From Vitrella brassicaformis CCMP3155 (taxonomy: Eukaryota; Protista; Chromerida), in NCBI GenBank assembly GCA_001179505.1, contig CDMY01000366.1:124001-188000 (forward strand): a DNA stretch of 64,000 nt, read 5' to 3'. The notes beneath the pieces were generated by a model, which saw only the letters and a list, made by a program, of their open reading frames with translations, was not told where the DNA came from and made no database searches. Numbering within the stretch: the stretch's first letter is position 1; each line of letters starts with the position of its first letter. The position numbers were made by a program, and so were the translations under genes. Below are positions 50,201 to 61,803 of this stretch, in pieces.

Positions 50201-50938
50201 GTGGGGGGCGGTGCCGATGACATGGACCTGCTCCCTACGAGCCCCCCGCGGCCGTACCCGTTGCACCCGGGGGCGTCACGGATGGATGAGGGGCCGGCTT
50301 CGTCTGCGGCACCGGCAAGTATCGAGCTGTCAGATGATGATGAGCAGGAACATTTGGACTCATTTCAGCACATGCAGCCCCATGGTGTGAGGCAGGTGCT
50401 GGTTCCCCCGCCCCTGCGGCCCGAAGAGGCGAAAAAGGCCGCGTACGACAGAAGAAGGGAAGGAGACATGGCAACTGGGCAGCAAAGTGGCGGGGAATGG
50501 AGGGCTGAGAGGGACACAACAGGGGCGACACAACAGGGGCGACATCAGAGTGCTATGATGACTCCGCAGTCACCCCCACCAGCAGAATCACCACCAGCAC
50601 CCACTGGCACCCACGACGCAGCCCCCTTCATCTGGTGGTATCTGCCCCCGTCTGCCGCCCAGCCGTCTCGAGACAACACACCCACGCGAGAGACACGGAC
50701 GAGACAGATGCCGCACAGGCCTGTGGGTCTCTTCTCGCCCATGCACACGACAAGCGGGGAGGTGGAGAGGACCATCGCAGCCTCAGCAATGGCGGGGCAT
50801 CAGCAGCAGCCTGCGCATGTCAGTGGAGGTGCGGGTGTGGGTGTGGGTGTGGGTGTGGTTGAGGAGAGGAGGGCCCGCGTGGAGAGGTCAGAGTCTCTGT
50901 GTGAGGCAACGAAGAGCTGCCTCTTGTACTGCAAGTAG
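47300..50938 (+). CDS. Hypothetical low-complexity Ser/Pro-rich protein with short coiled coils
   Basis: Long ORFs 47300-47578, 47442-48446, 48594-48989 and 49370-50938 have plausible GT-AG junctions. Coiled segments include EGLERALSRLEQENEKMR and MQRIRYLEEQL. I recognise no family. Confidence 0.55.
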
Positions 50939-51659
50939 GTAGAGCCCAGGCGCATCTGCATGTGAAGGGCCGGCAAAGTGATTCGTGTAGCCATGGCTGT
51001 GTATGCGATGCCTGGACGGTCGTGTCAGTGTTGGATGTGTTCGCTTGTGCCTGAAACCACTCATCCATCGCAGAGTTGACGACGACACGGTACACAACAT
51101 TCTGGGCTGCAGAGGCGTCGGGGCGACAAACCGTGTTCTCCGTTCGGCCCGCTTCGGCCGCTGCTGTACACTGTACTTATCCAGGCACATAGCCATGGCG
51201 GAGTGAGTGATGGAGAATGCGTGCAGCCGGGTAAGGGGATGAGAGCACTCAATCCATCGAATGCACTGCACACACACGCACAGCGTCTCTTGCCCCAACC
51301 TCTTGCCGGCTCGCTGCTCATACGTACCATCGCTGTCCGACTTTCTTCGTCACGGACATCCGTGCATTTTCTTACGTGAGTGGCCCTGACTGACATTTGA
51401 GATGGATGGAAGTACTGCAGTACACTGCCTTCCCGGAGTAAAATATTAAGGGTTTGTCAATGCACTCGATCTTGTCAGTCACCCCGTCCCGTCCATAGAC
51501 AGACAATTAGTCCGGTCCATTCACTCTTCTCACGTCCAGACAGACCCACCAGCTTCGTTCGCACACATCAATGGTACCAACACTCGACGACCCGACCAGC
51601 CACACCACAACCCATTGATTTATTTGCTCGAGCCAGCCCTCATTCACTGTGTGCATGCA

Positions 51660-52182
51660 CTATCTCGAGAACTGCCTCTTGTCAGACGCCTCGCGCTTGC
51701 CTAACAGACACACACACCACACATCACACACAGCGAAGAGAGGGTGCAAAACAAATACATATCGGATCGGTCGGCTGCGCGTCGTTTGGTCTGGTCAGCC
51801 GGCATACCGTATGGATTGCTGGCTGAGAATTTGTGTCCCGACGTGGGCTTCTTGCCTTTGAATCCGCCGCTGGCCTTGAGGGTGTGGCGAGACGACTTGG
51901 CCTTGACGTTCAACTCAACCTGATCGATCATATGAACACACAAACACACACACGGTGCGTGGGTGTGTTGTGTGGGTGTGGGTGTGTCCGGTAGTCAGTC
52001 ACCTTGGGTGGCGCGGAGAAGCCGAATGACTGCATGAGACAGACAGCCATACAAGGAGCGACTAGATGCACGTGATTGTGTGTTGGTCTGTCTGTCTGTG
52101 GTGACCTTGGCCACTCTCTGGAGGTCCAGTGCCTGCACGTCGAAAATGTCTTTGAGCGAATGGGACGCATAAGCCTGACACA

Positions 52183-52217
<35 letters not shown>

Positions 52218-54772
52218 GTAGGTTTGAGTGTTGCTATCTTTCATTCATTCATTCGTCTGGTAGTGCATGTCAGTCATGTCATGTGCCGCTGTCTGAGCTG
52301 TCTGTCTTATTTACATACGTGGAGATATGATCGGTATGCGTCGCGCGACGACCGATGCAGGTGGTAGTTCTTCTCAATCAGACGCTCCATCTGGGACTGC
52401 ACATCACATCACATCACATCACATCCACACACAGCCAAACAACAGAGAGACTCCCATGCACCGCCCACCTGCACGTTGCTGATCTTGTGTGGCGGGAAAG
52501 TGTATTCGTTGAGCGGCACGTTGGCCTGCCTGAGGTAGCGCAGGAAGCCCAGCTCCTCCGGCATGAGGAACAGCAGCGCCTTCCCCTGACCACCCGCACC
52601 GCGAGCAGTGCGGCCAACGCGATGGATGTACTCCCTGTGTGAGTGGTGGGAGCAGGGCAGGGCACATACATACAGCAGACAGACAGACAGACAGACAGAG
52701 AGACAACCAGATGCAGTCAGTGTTGTGTTGTGTTTGCCCACTTGGGGTCATCGGGCGGATCGTACTGCACAATCCAGTCGACCTGCACACACACATACAA
52801 GCATACAAGCATCAGGCAGGTTGTTCCCCTGTTCTTTCTGTTCTTTCTGTTCTCTCTCTCCCAGACTCCCTCCCTCCCTCGCTCACCTTTGGTATGTCCA
52901 GCCCCCTGGCTGCGACGTCGGTGCAGAGGAGTACGCCCTTTTGTGCGCTGCAGAAGTCGTAGTAGGTGGTGAGGCGGGCGGCCTGCTTCTTCTTGCCGTG
53001 GATGCAGGTGGTGTGCAGGTCGATGTAGTTGAGCAGCTCGTCGTGGAACTTGACGCTGTTGCACGCCGAGAAGAACACCATCACCTTCTTGTCACGGTTC
53101 TTCTTCAGAAACGTGAATAGCAGCAGGAAACGCGTCTCGGCCGGACACACAACGTACCCCTGCTGCAGCCCCGCCACCGTCGCCACGCGAGCCTTCACCT
53201 GCGCAACATAACAACACAGACACGGCAATGCATTCAATGGGGGTGTGGTGTGTTGGCCGTGACTGACGTGATGATGTCGGATTGGCTATACCATACCTAC
53301 ACACCTGGATGTAGATGGGTTTCGTAAGTGAGAGTCTGGCGAGGTCCTGCACTTTGGTGGTCTGAGTGGCGGAGAAGAGGGCCGTCTGGCGCTTCTTGGG
53401 CAGCAGCCGGATGATCTGGTTCATCTCCTCCTCAAACCCGATCTCCAAAATGCGGTCCGCCTCGTCGATCACCAAGGACACCAGATTCGAGTACAGGAAA
53501 CCCTACACACACCCACACCCCCACACAAACATACATACATAGCGGTGCCCTGCCCTGCCCATGCATCGCATCCATCGTGTGTTGCTCACTCACTTTGGTG
53601 TTCTGCATATGGTCGAGTAGGCGGCCCGGTGTGGCGACTAGCACAGTGACGCCCTTGGCGAGCTTCTCAGCCTCGTTGCGGCGGTTCGCACCGCCCATCA
53701 CCAAGCCATGGGTCAGGGGCAGGTACTTGCAGAGGTCCTTGGCCACCTCATAGATCTGCAGGGACAGCTCACGGGTGGGCGATATCACCTGCACTCACAC
53801 AGACAACACACAAACAAACAAACATATGAATGTGTGTATGGCACAGGCGCTGCGCTGCGGCCGTGTGTGTGTTGGTGTGGTGCCTCCCTCACCAGCACGC
53901 CCGTCCCGCTCTTGGGCAGGAACTTGATCTCATAGAGGGTCTGCACGGTGGGGATCAGGAACGCCAGCGTCTTGCCGGAGCCCGTCTGCGCCGCTCCGAG
54001 CACATCGTGGCCCTCCAGCAGATGGGGAATCGCCTTGGCCTGACAGACAGACGGACACACACACACATAGCTTTCTCCCTCACTCCTTCACTCACCGCCC
54101 TCTCCGCCCTCTCTAAGTGGCTGGCTGGCTGACCTGTATCTCGGTGAGCTGTTCGAACTTGTTGTCCTTGAGAGCCTTCTTGAGCTGGTCGCATATCTCA
54201 AGCTCGTCGAACCGCATGTCGCTGAAGAACCCACCTGACATGGTCGTGGTGGTGCCAGACTGATCCCCTGTGGCTCCACACGAGGGGGCATCAGCACCAC
54301 CACCAGCCGCCGCCGCCGCCTCGCCAGTGCCGTTGGCCACTGCTGATGCTGCTGCTGCTGATTGGTCCTCATCGGTTCCATCTTGCATGGCTCCCTCGTC
54401 AGCCTCTTCCCCTCCCCCCTGCTCCACCACCTGGTCCTGGGCCTCTGTCGTCACGTGCTGCTGCTTCTTGCTCCGTTGACGCACCTTCTTTCTCCTCGGT
54501 TCAGCAGCATCGCCTGCAGACGGGGACGGGAATGCAAGACCATTCATGGCGTCGTCATCCTCATCTGCCGTCCGCTGCTTCTTGGCGACGACCCATGCTG
54601 ACTCATGCTCATCAGGGACAGCAGGCTGACTCCTCTTCGTGGCCTTCGGCACACCATCCGTCCATGAGGGACCGTCGAGATCAAGATCATGGCTCCCTTG
54701 CTGGCTTCGCAGTTGCCTGAGCTTCAGCAGCCTCTCCAGCTTTTTCTTCGCCTTTGCTGTGGGATCCTCCAT
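51660..54772 (-). CDS. HAS1: DEAD-box RNA helicase HAS1/DDX18 (ribosome biogenesis)
   Basis: [68 protein letters not shown] and [11 protein letters not shown], ending [19 protein letters not shown]. Confidence 0.97.
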
Positions 54773-55193
54773 CGTCGTCAGACCCTGGGAACTCCCGCTC
54801 CCCTTGCTTCGCGAGCTGTCAATCAGTCAAGGGTTTGCTAGGACATTCCGCGAAACCGCTTTCTTGTGAGGCAGTCGCCATTCCTGCCGGCGTTCCTGGA
54901 GGTCGCGGAAGGATCAGCCTACCATGCCCAGCCCATAAGCACTCCCAAGCACTCCATCGCCGTGTGTTGCGACGGGATGGGTGACTCCCACGCCCCTGCC
55001 AGCACCACCTGGTTGGGAGCGAGGGTGGCTGCTTGCGCCATCTTCGCTTCCGAGCCATTTTCTTAGCTCCTCTGTCTAAGCTGTGGTGGACGGGATCATC
55101 ACGGCCTACCGCACTCCCCTCTCGGCATCTCAGTCACGACCCCTCCCAGCCAAGCCACCCATCGCTCGTCTGTCTGTCTGTCTGCGTGAGGAG

Positions 55194-56672
55194 ATGATGA
55201 AGATGTTGCCCGCCATCCTATGCGACGACCTTCCGCCTCGCAGCAAGTCGGCTGAGTCGCCCTCCCCATCGGCCAGCAATGGAAGCAACGTAAGCGACAC
55301 TATTGGGACAGGCTGGGGCCATCTGCTCTGCACCTTTTGTTATGGTGGGTGTGTGATCGTTGGTTGTACCGTCCAGACGTCCAAGTTCATTCTGTATCTG
55401 GAGCCCGCGGCCACGAGCTCGTTCAAGAGCGTGTTGAACGAGACGTCTCAGGCGGTGGTGTGTGAGCACGGTGCGGACAGCACCCACTGCTACCCGCCGC
55501 ACGTGTCGCTGACGTCCTTCTTCAGCTGTCCGCCGCACCTGGTGGCGGCCCTCAAGGACGAGGTCCTCAACTACATGATGGAGAAGCTCGAGGACCTGCA
55601 GCAGTGGGAGGAGGGATACCCCGACTGCTGGACCGACGGCTGCAGCACCGCTCCCAGCTCTTACTGCAAGTCCCCACTCATGCGCGCCAAGAGCGTCGGC
55701 TTCGGGAACCGCCTGCGCGCCGGGTCCGACTCGTTCCTGATCCCAACCACGCCGAGCATGGCCTCCTGCGCCTTCACACCCAAGCTCAGCCCTGTGAGCG
55801 ACACATCCGAGGCCACCACAGTGCCCTGCTCCGACGACTCGTACTCCGGCCCTCTGCCGCCACTGACGCCCCTGTCGCCGGACCGGCTGCGCGGCGGCCG
55901 GTGTCTGTCCAACACGCACATCGAGCTGGGCCGCGAGGGGACGGATGAGGCGCTGCCGCATGAGGCCTCCATGTCAGGGATGCTGGTGCACTACTCGAGC
56001 CACCCGATACTGCCGTCGTGTGTGGGTGTGGGGGGCTTCTCGCCGCTGCACCCGTTCGTGCCGTGGGACTACTCGTCGACCAGTGGGCACCCGCCCCGCC
56101 TGCAGAAGCTGCCGGTCAAGGTCAACAAGGCCCTCGCCACACACGACGGATACGCCATACTGCCGATAGAGAGCCGGTAAGGAAGGCCACACACTCCTTC
56201 CTTGAATAGTTGAGGGCATTGTCTGTCAATTGGTGTCTTGTGCTGTGTGTTGACACACACGATCTGTCTGTCTGTCGGTGTGTGTGGTCATTTAGTTGGG
56301 TGAAGGATTTGGTGGACGATTGGGCGGATCGCGTGCAGCGCCGGACGAGCCGCGCCATCCGCATCCGCACCAAGCGCGCCAACCACATATCGCTCGCCTG
56401 CAAGCGGGACACCGACACGCTGCACCAAATACTCAAACTATACGAACGGGTGAGTGAGCTTCCCTCCCTTTGTTTCTGGATCCATTTGTGCGTTGATGTG
56501 ATTGATGTGTCAACCGTTGGTTGTGTCTGTCTGCCAGGTTCACGAGTACGCGATTGGCTGTGACTGGGACATCGTCCTGTACGAGTTGGTCAGCAGCTCG
56601 ACGTGCTTCGTGCGTGAGGGCCAACACCAGTTCAAGGAGGTGGCCCGACTCAGGTGGATTGCGACGTCCTGA
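55194..56672 (+). CDS. Stand-alone 2H phosphoesterase of UBASH3/STS-like type with a large Ser/Pro-rich insert
   Basis: FILYLEP...HCYPPHVSLTSFFSC (first HxS), ANHISLA (second HxS) and IGCDWDIVLYE match the UBASH3-type 2H domain pattern as I recall it. Confidence 0.7.
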
Positions 56673-58936
56673 CTTGACGTGGCCTGACGTGACCTGACGG
56701 GGGAGAGGTGGAGGTGGAGGGGGCGAGGGACGGACGGGAGAGGCGGGGAGGGAGGGGAGGGAGGTTATCTATCTTATCAATCCTTTGATGCCATCATCAG
56801 ATCTGCATGGCATGCGTCTGGCTATCTATGGATTGGATTGGATGTGTGTGGGTGGGGTGGGTATCATATGGACGGGAGAGAGTAACGTGCAGTGAGTGCA
56901 GCAGGCCAGGCGCGTCTGCCCCTCTGGTGGGTGGTTGGGCGGCTGGATGGATGGACGGATGGATGGCTGCCTGCCTGTACGAAATCCGTACGAGAGTGCG
57001 TCGTCGACTCGACCGTCGTGCTTGCCTTGCCTTGCCTGCTTTACTCTTTAGTGCTCGATGGGATGGATGGATGGTTCTCCGCACGGAAGGAAGGAACCTG
57101 TCGTGTCGGTCGCCTCACCGTCACTTTCTACACCGCGTCCCTCCCCCCCTCCCTCACTCTCCCCTCCCCCTCCCCCTGCCCCTCAAGTCGTCCTTGCCCC
57201 CATCTCGTGTCTATAGTCCTGAGGGAGAGTGTTGTGTTGAGCCTGAGAGCGAGTGCGTTGTTGTCTGCATGGCCATGCATGGAAGCATCACATCATTCAT
57301 GTCTTTGTGCTGTACGGGGGTGTGTGTGGGTGTTAGCGGCCGTGGATGGTGGGATGGCGTATCCGAATAAGATACCGACGACGCAGTCTGACAGCCAGAT
57401 ACACACAGACGGAACGGACTAGCGAGGTGACTGATGAGTGGATGGATGGATGATGGGACAGAGAGAGGTGTACATGTGGGAGGGTGGGTGGGCAGGGATG
57501 AAGGATGGTCATGTCTTGTGTTGTGTTGTGTTGTCGGTTTGTGATCGATGTGTCTCCATATTGAGACACGGGCCCCACTCCACTCCACTCCCTCTTCCCT
57601 CCTGTTTGCACCACACAGACAGACAGACAGACAGATGACAGACAGGACAGCAAAGACATGGTCGAACAGCCAGAAGGAGAGGGACAGCGGAGGCAGGGGG
57701 CGTCGATGGACATGGCTTGATGGACATATATGGCCTGCGTGGGTGCGTGCGTGCGTGCGTGAAAGTGCTGTGTGTGACGGTAGGTAGGTACGGGGAGAGA
57801 GATTTGTGGCTGATGGCTGATGGCTGATGGCTGCTATGGTACAAGGCGAGAGCAACGGGGCGGTGCATGGGGGTCTGGTGGGGTGGCTGAATGAATGAAT
57901 GGGCGCACGATTCGATTTGAAAGTGGCGTCAGTCAGTCAGGCTGGGGTTCGCGAGTTCGCCACCCGTGCGTTCGTCCGCCTGCCCTGCCCTGCCTGGCTT
58001 CGCTGCATTTTTTCAACGGTCGTGTTAGCCCCAAGCTTGGTTTGGTGTCTTCTCTCTATGCCTCTCCTCTTTTTTCTTTTCGTTTGTGGGATGTGGGATG
58101 TGGGGTGCTGGTTGGGGGGGGTGCTGAAGGAGAGCTGGCTGGCTGGCTGGTCGGTTGCTTGGTCGTTTGTTTGATGATGGACGACCAACTCACTCACTCA
58201 CTCACTGACTCACTCCTTCGATACATCCGTTGTCCTGTCCGTTTGTTTTATCACCCCCTCACGCCCATCGTGGGCGTCCCCTCCCCTCCCCTCCCCGCCT
58301 CCCCTGACTGTCTAGGTAGGTATCTGATGGATACATACGGCTATTTGTGAAGGAATCTATCTGACTCGTTAGTTAGAGGCAGGCAGGCAGGCAGGCCATG
58401 ATATCAGCGATCAATCAATGAATGCGACGGACGGACGGATGTGCTCTTTTTACGCGCGCAGACAGGCAGACAGGCTGGCAGACAGGCATACACCTATGAG
58501 TACGTCACGTGTGTGTAAGTCGAGTGCCCTTGTGGGTGCGTGCGTCTCGTCTCCTCTCCTTGCGTTGCGTTGCGTGGCTGCGTGCGTGCATGCGTCGCCA
58601 GATAGGGAGCAGTCGTCTCGTCTCGTCTCGTCTCGTCTCGCTTGTTTTGTTGTCCTGCCTGACTTGCCTCGCGTGTCGTTCGTGCCCACTGACTGACTGA
58701 CTGGATCGGCTGGCTTGGCTTGTTCTGCCAACACTACAGACACATCAATGGAGGGATGGATGAATGGCTGGATGGATGAATGGACACGTACGTACGTACT
58801 TGCATACGCATCGCAATCAAGCAAGCAAGCACACTCACTCTCACATCCATGTCTGTCATCCACGTCCACACCAACACTCCCTCACTCGACGCGACGCGCC
58901 TTTCTCGTTTCTATATTTTTGGTCTGCCCCCCCCCC

Positions 58937-59236
58937 NNNNNNNNNNNNNNNNNNNNNNNNNNNNNNNNNNNNNNNNNNNNNNNNNNNNNNNNNNNNNNNN
59001 NNNNNNNNNNNNNNNNNNNNNNNNNNNNNNNNNNNNNNNNNNNNNNNNNNNNNNNNNNNNNNNNNNNNNNNNNNNNNNNNNNNNNNNNNNNNNNNNNNNN
59101 NNNNNNNNNNNNNNNNNNNNNNNNNNNNNNNNNNNNNNNNNNNNNNNNNNNNNNNNNNNNNNNNNNNNNNNNNNNNNNNNNNNNNNNNNNNNNNNNNNNN
59201 NNNNNNNNNNNNNNNNNNNNNNNNNNNNNNNNNNNN
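58937..59236. other. Assembly gap (300 N) flanked by poly-C on both sides
   Basis: C10 lies before and about C20 after the N run. Confidence 1.
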
Positions 59237-60919
59237 CCCCCCCCCCCCCCCCCCTCCACTCTAACAGGCACACTGTTGATTGACAGACTGCTGCTTGCCT
59301 GCAACTGACTTGTAGTAAGGAAGAAGTGACTGGCTGGCTGTCCTTCGCTCCCTCGCTCGCTCGCTCGTCTGCACGTTCTTCTCCCTCGGCTGGCCAGCCA
59401 GACAGCTGCCTCACCACACGAGGCCGATGTCTGGTTGTTTGCTTGAGGAGGAGGACCGTGCAGACAGACAGGACGAAGCGGAACTTGTTGGTGGCCACTA
59501 CTTGCTTGTGTGCTCGTATCTATCGGTGATATTGACCCATGGAGGAGCACCGCACCGCAGCCCACACTCTCTGGGTCTCTCCACTTGAGTCTATCCACCA
59601 ATCTATAGCAGACCTGCCTGTCTGTCTGTCTGTCTGGGCGCCCTGGTTGGACGTATGGATGGATGGATGGATGTGTGGACGGTACGATACGAAGGAGTTA
59701 ACCAACTTTTTTGACACACTGACGCCTTTCCCACTCATACATACCACACCACCCATCCCATTGCCTGCCTGCCTGCCTGCCTTCTGTGTCTATCTAGCTG
59801 AAGTGACTATAGCCTACCTGCCTGCCTCCCTCGGATTGTTTGGATAAGCAAGTACTGTGTATACCTCTAATCTCGCTGACCGACATTGACGGACGGATGA
59901 TGGCCCCTCCCTCCCTCTCTCTCTGCTGGTGGTCCTGACTCTTGTCTTGCTGGCCCTGTGTGATTTTCTTCCTGGCCCTGTGTGTGAGTAAATGGATGGA
60001 TGCCATGCATGGATGCATGGATGTCTGTGAGTGAGGTGAGTGAGTATTGCTGCTGCGCTGCAGTGTCGACGGCATGCACACGACACAGACACAGACTCAG
60101 GCAGACGCACCACCGATTGCACGCCCCCTTTCTGCTTGCGTCAGGTTTTGTCCGTCAATGTGTGTATGTGTGTGTGGGCGATGGATGACTGGCTGGCTGG
60201 CTGGCTGGCTGGGAGGGAGGGAGGGAGGGGCCTGCCCATTCAGTGAGTCGTTGCGGGACCTCTCCCGGCCCAGCAGCTGGAACGCATGAATGAATGGACC
60301 ACAATGATCTGCCTGCCTGTCTGTCTGTCTGCGTGTCGTATGTGTGTCAGTCTGTCTGGCTGGCTTCTCTATCCACTGGGGCAGAGAAACGGAGGGGAAG
60401 TTTCAGTTCCCCCCCCACAACAATGACTGACTGGTTCATATCATCATATTATATATGGATCATGACTGAAACCAAACCGGACGGGAGGACTCGTGGGTGT
60501 GGTGTGTTACCTACCTACCGTGTTGAGAGAGGGAGTCTCATGCACTCGACTGACTCGCAGGCCTTTGAGGCTTCGATTCATGTGGAGTGGATGGGCGGAT
60601 AGATGCAACGAATGAATGGTCGGTCTGTCTATCATCAAGGCAACAGCCGATTCACATCTCACACATCACACATCAACACAAGCCTGCTACACACACTCTA
60701 CACACAGCTCTACCACCCACCCACCCACGGTCAGCCGGTCGCAGTCCTATGTCGGTCAGCACCCTCCTCAGTTCTCCGCACTCTCATTATCTCTGTGAAC
60801 ACGGTAATCCGAGAAGTTCGCCAGATGAACAGAGGAGCGCCACACGTGCGGACCCGGTTCGAATCAACCCGACCACCAATCAGTAACCATCCAGGCACTC
60901 AGCCAGTCAGTGAGTCGAG

Positions 60920-61687
60920 TCAGAAGCGCCCCTCTCTCATCCTTTCCAGCAGCGAGGACGAGTAGCCTCTATCGTCACGCACATCACGCTCCTCCCTCTC
61001 GTCATCTCCCCCCTGGCTGCTGCTGCTGATGGTGCTGGCCACCAGGGGGTCTTCTTCCAGTTGCGTCTGCAGGACGCCATGCCTGGCCAGCCGCCACTCG
61101 ACCGCATCGGCAGACAGCCGGGCCATCATCTGCCGCCCGCCCCACTCGGGCTCGCCCACCAGCTGCTTCTGGCACATACCATCCTTGTACAGCAACACCG
61201 TCGGCAGCTGGTGGTCGGGGTAGCCTGGGAGGACGTCCACAGAGATGCCCTTGCAGAACTTGACCGCCTGGTGCCGCGCGGCGAGCTCCGCCAGGCAGCG
61301 GTTGAGCACCCGACACATCTCAGAGCTGTCGCGGTAGAGGTGCACCACCACATGTCGGCCTCCCCTGCTGGCCTCGGTCACCTCGTCGACGAAATCCGCC
61401 TTGCCGATGTGCTGGATCTCCGAATACGCGGCCTCCTCCTTCTTGGCCCGCAGCTCCGCCAGCCGCCGTGCGCGGTATCTTCGCAGCACGTCCTCGTCCA
61501 GATCATCCTCTAGCTGGTCGAGGTCGTCGAGCTGCTTGTGCTCCAGGGGGTCGCTGCGCTCTGCGAGGTCCACAGCCAGCCCCGTGAGCTGATCTTGGGT
61601 CGGTTCCTTCTCCAGCGCCGAGAAGTTGCCGAACCTGCGCTGCACATCATCCCATTCTGTCGTCACGGGCCGATTCGTCGTGCTCAT
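60920..61687 (-). CDS. PDCL3: Phosducin-like protein 2/3 (CCT co-chaperone), single exon
   Basis: TTEWDDVQRRFGN, LRRYRARRLAEL, FVDEVTEAS, VVVHLY, LAARHQAVKFCK and YPDHQLPTVLLYKDG. Confidence 0.92.
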   Translation of the reverse strand: MSTTNRPVTTEWDDVQRRFGNFSALEKEPTQDQLTGLAVDLAERSDPLEHKQLDDLDQLEDDLDEDVLRRYRARRLAELRAKKEEAAYSEIQHIGKADFVDEVTEASRGGRHVVVHLYRDSSEMCRVLNRCLAELAARHQAVKFCKGISVDVLPGYPDHQLPTVLLYKDGMCQKQLVGEPEWGGRQMMARLSADAVEWRLARHGVLQTQLEEDPLVASTISSSSQGGDDEREERDVRDDRGYSSSLLERMREGRF

Positions 61688-61803
61688 TCTGCGTGCGAGC
61701 TGATCTCGCGATAGCCGTTTTTGTAAACAGTCCTGTACGCTGTGCAGCAGGGTGTCTGCGGTTGGGAGGTCTCTTCCACTCACTCTTTCTGTCGAAATCA
61801 CCC

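Noticed and set aside
55218-55961. 247-aa antisense ORF opposite the 2H gene, and similar antisense ORFs opposite other GC-rich exons
   Set aside because: These are shadow ORFs expected from high GC3 codon usage on the coding strand.
56668-56700. Cluster of TGACG(T) motifs just after the 2H gene stop codon
   Set aside because: It is short, degenerate and in a 3' position, and I cannot distinguish it from simple-repeat drift.
56807-58350. ORFs of 150-214 aa in the second gene-free region
   Set aside because: They have the same microsatellite-derived composition (WMDG, VCLS, SRLV repeats).
58715-59601. ORFs spanning the second N run, with poly-Pro or poly-Gly
   Set aside because: They are produced by Ns and poly-C homopolymers.
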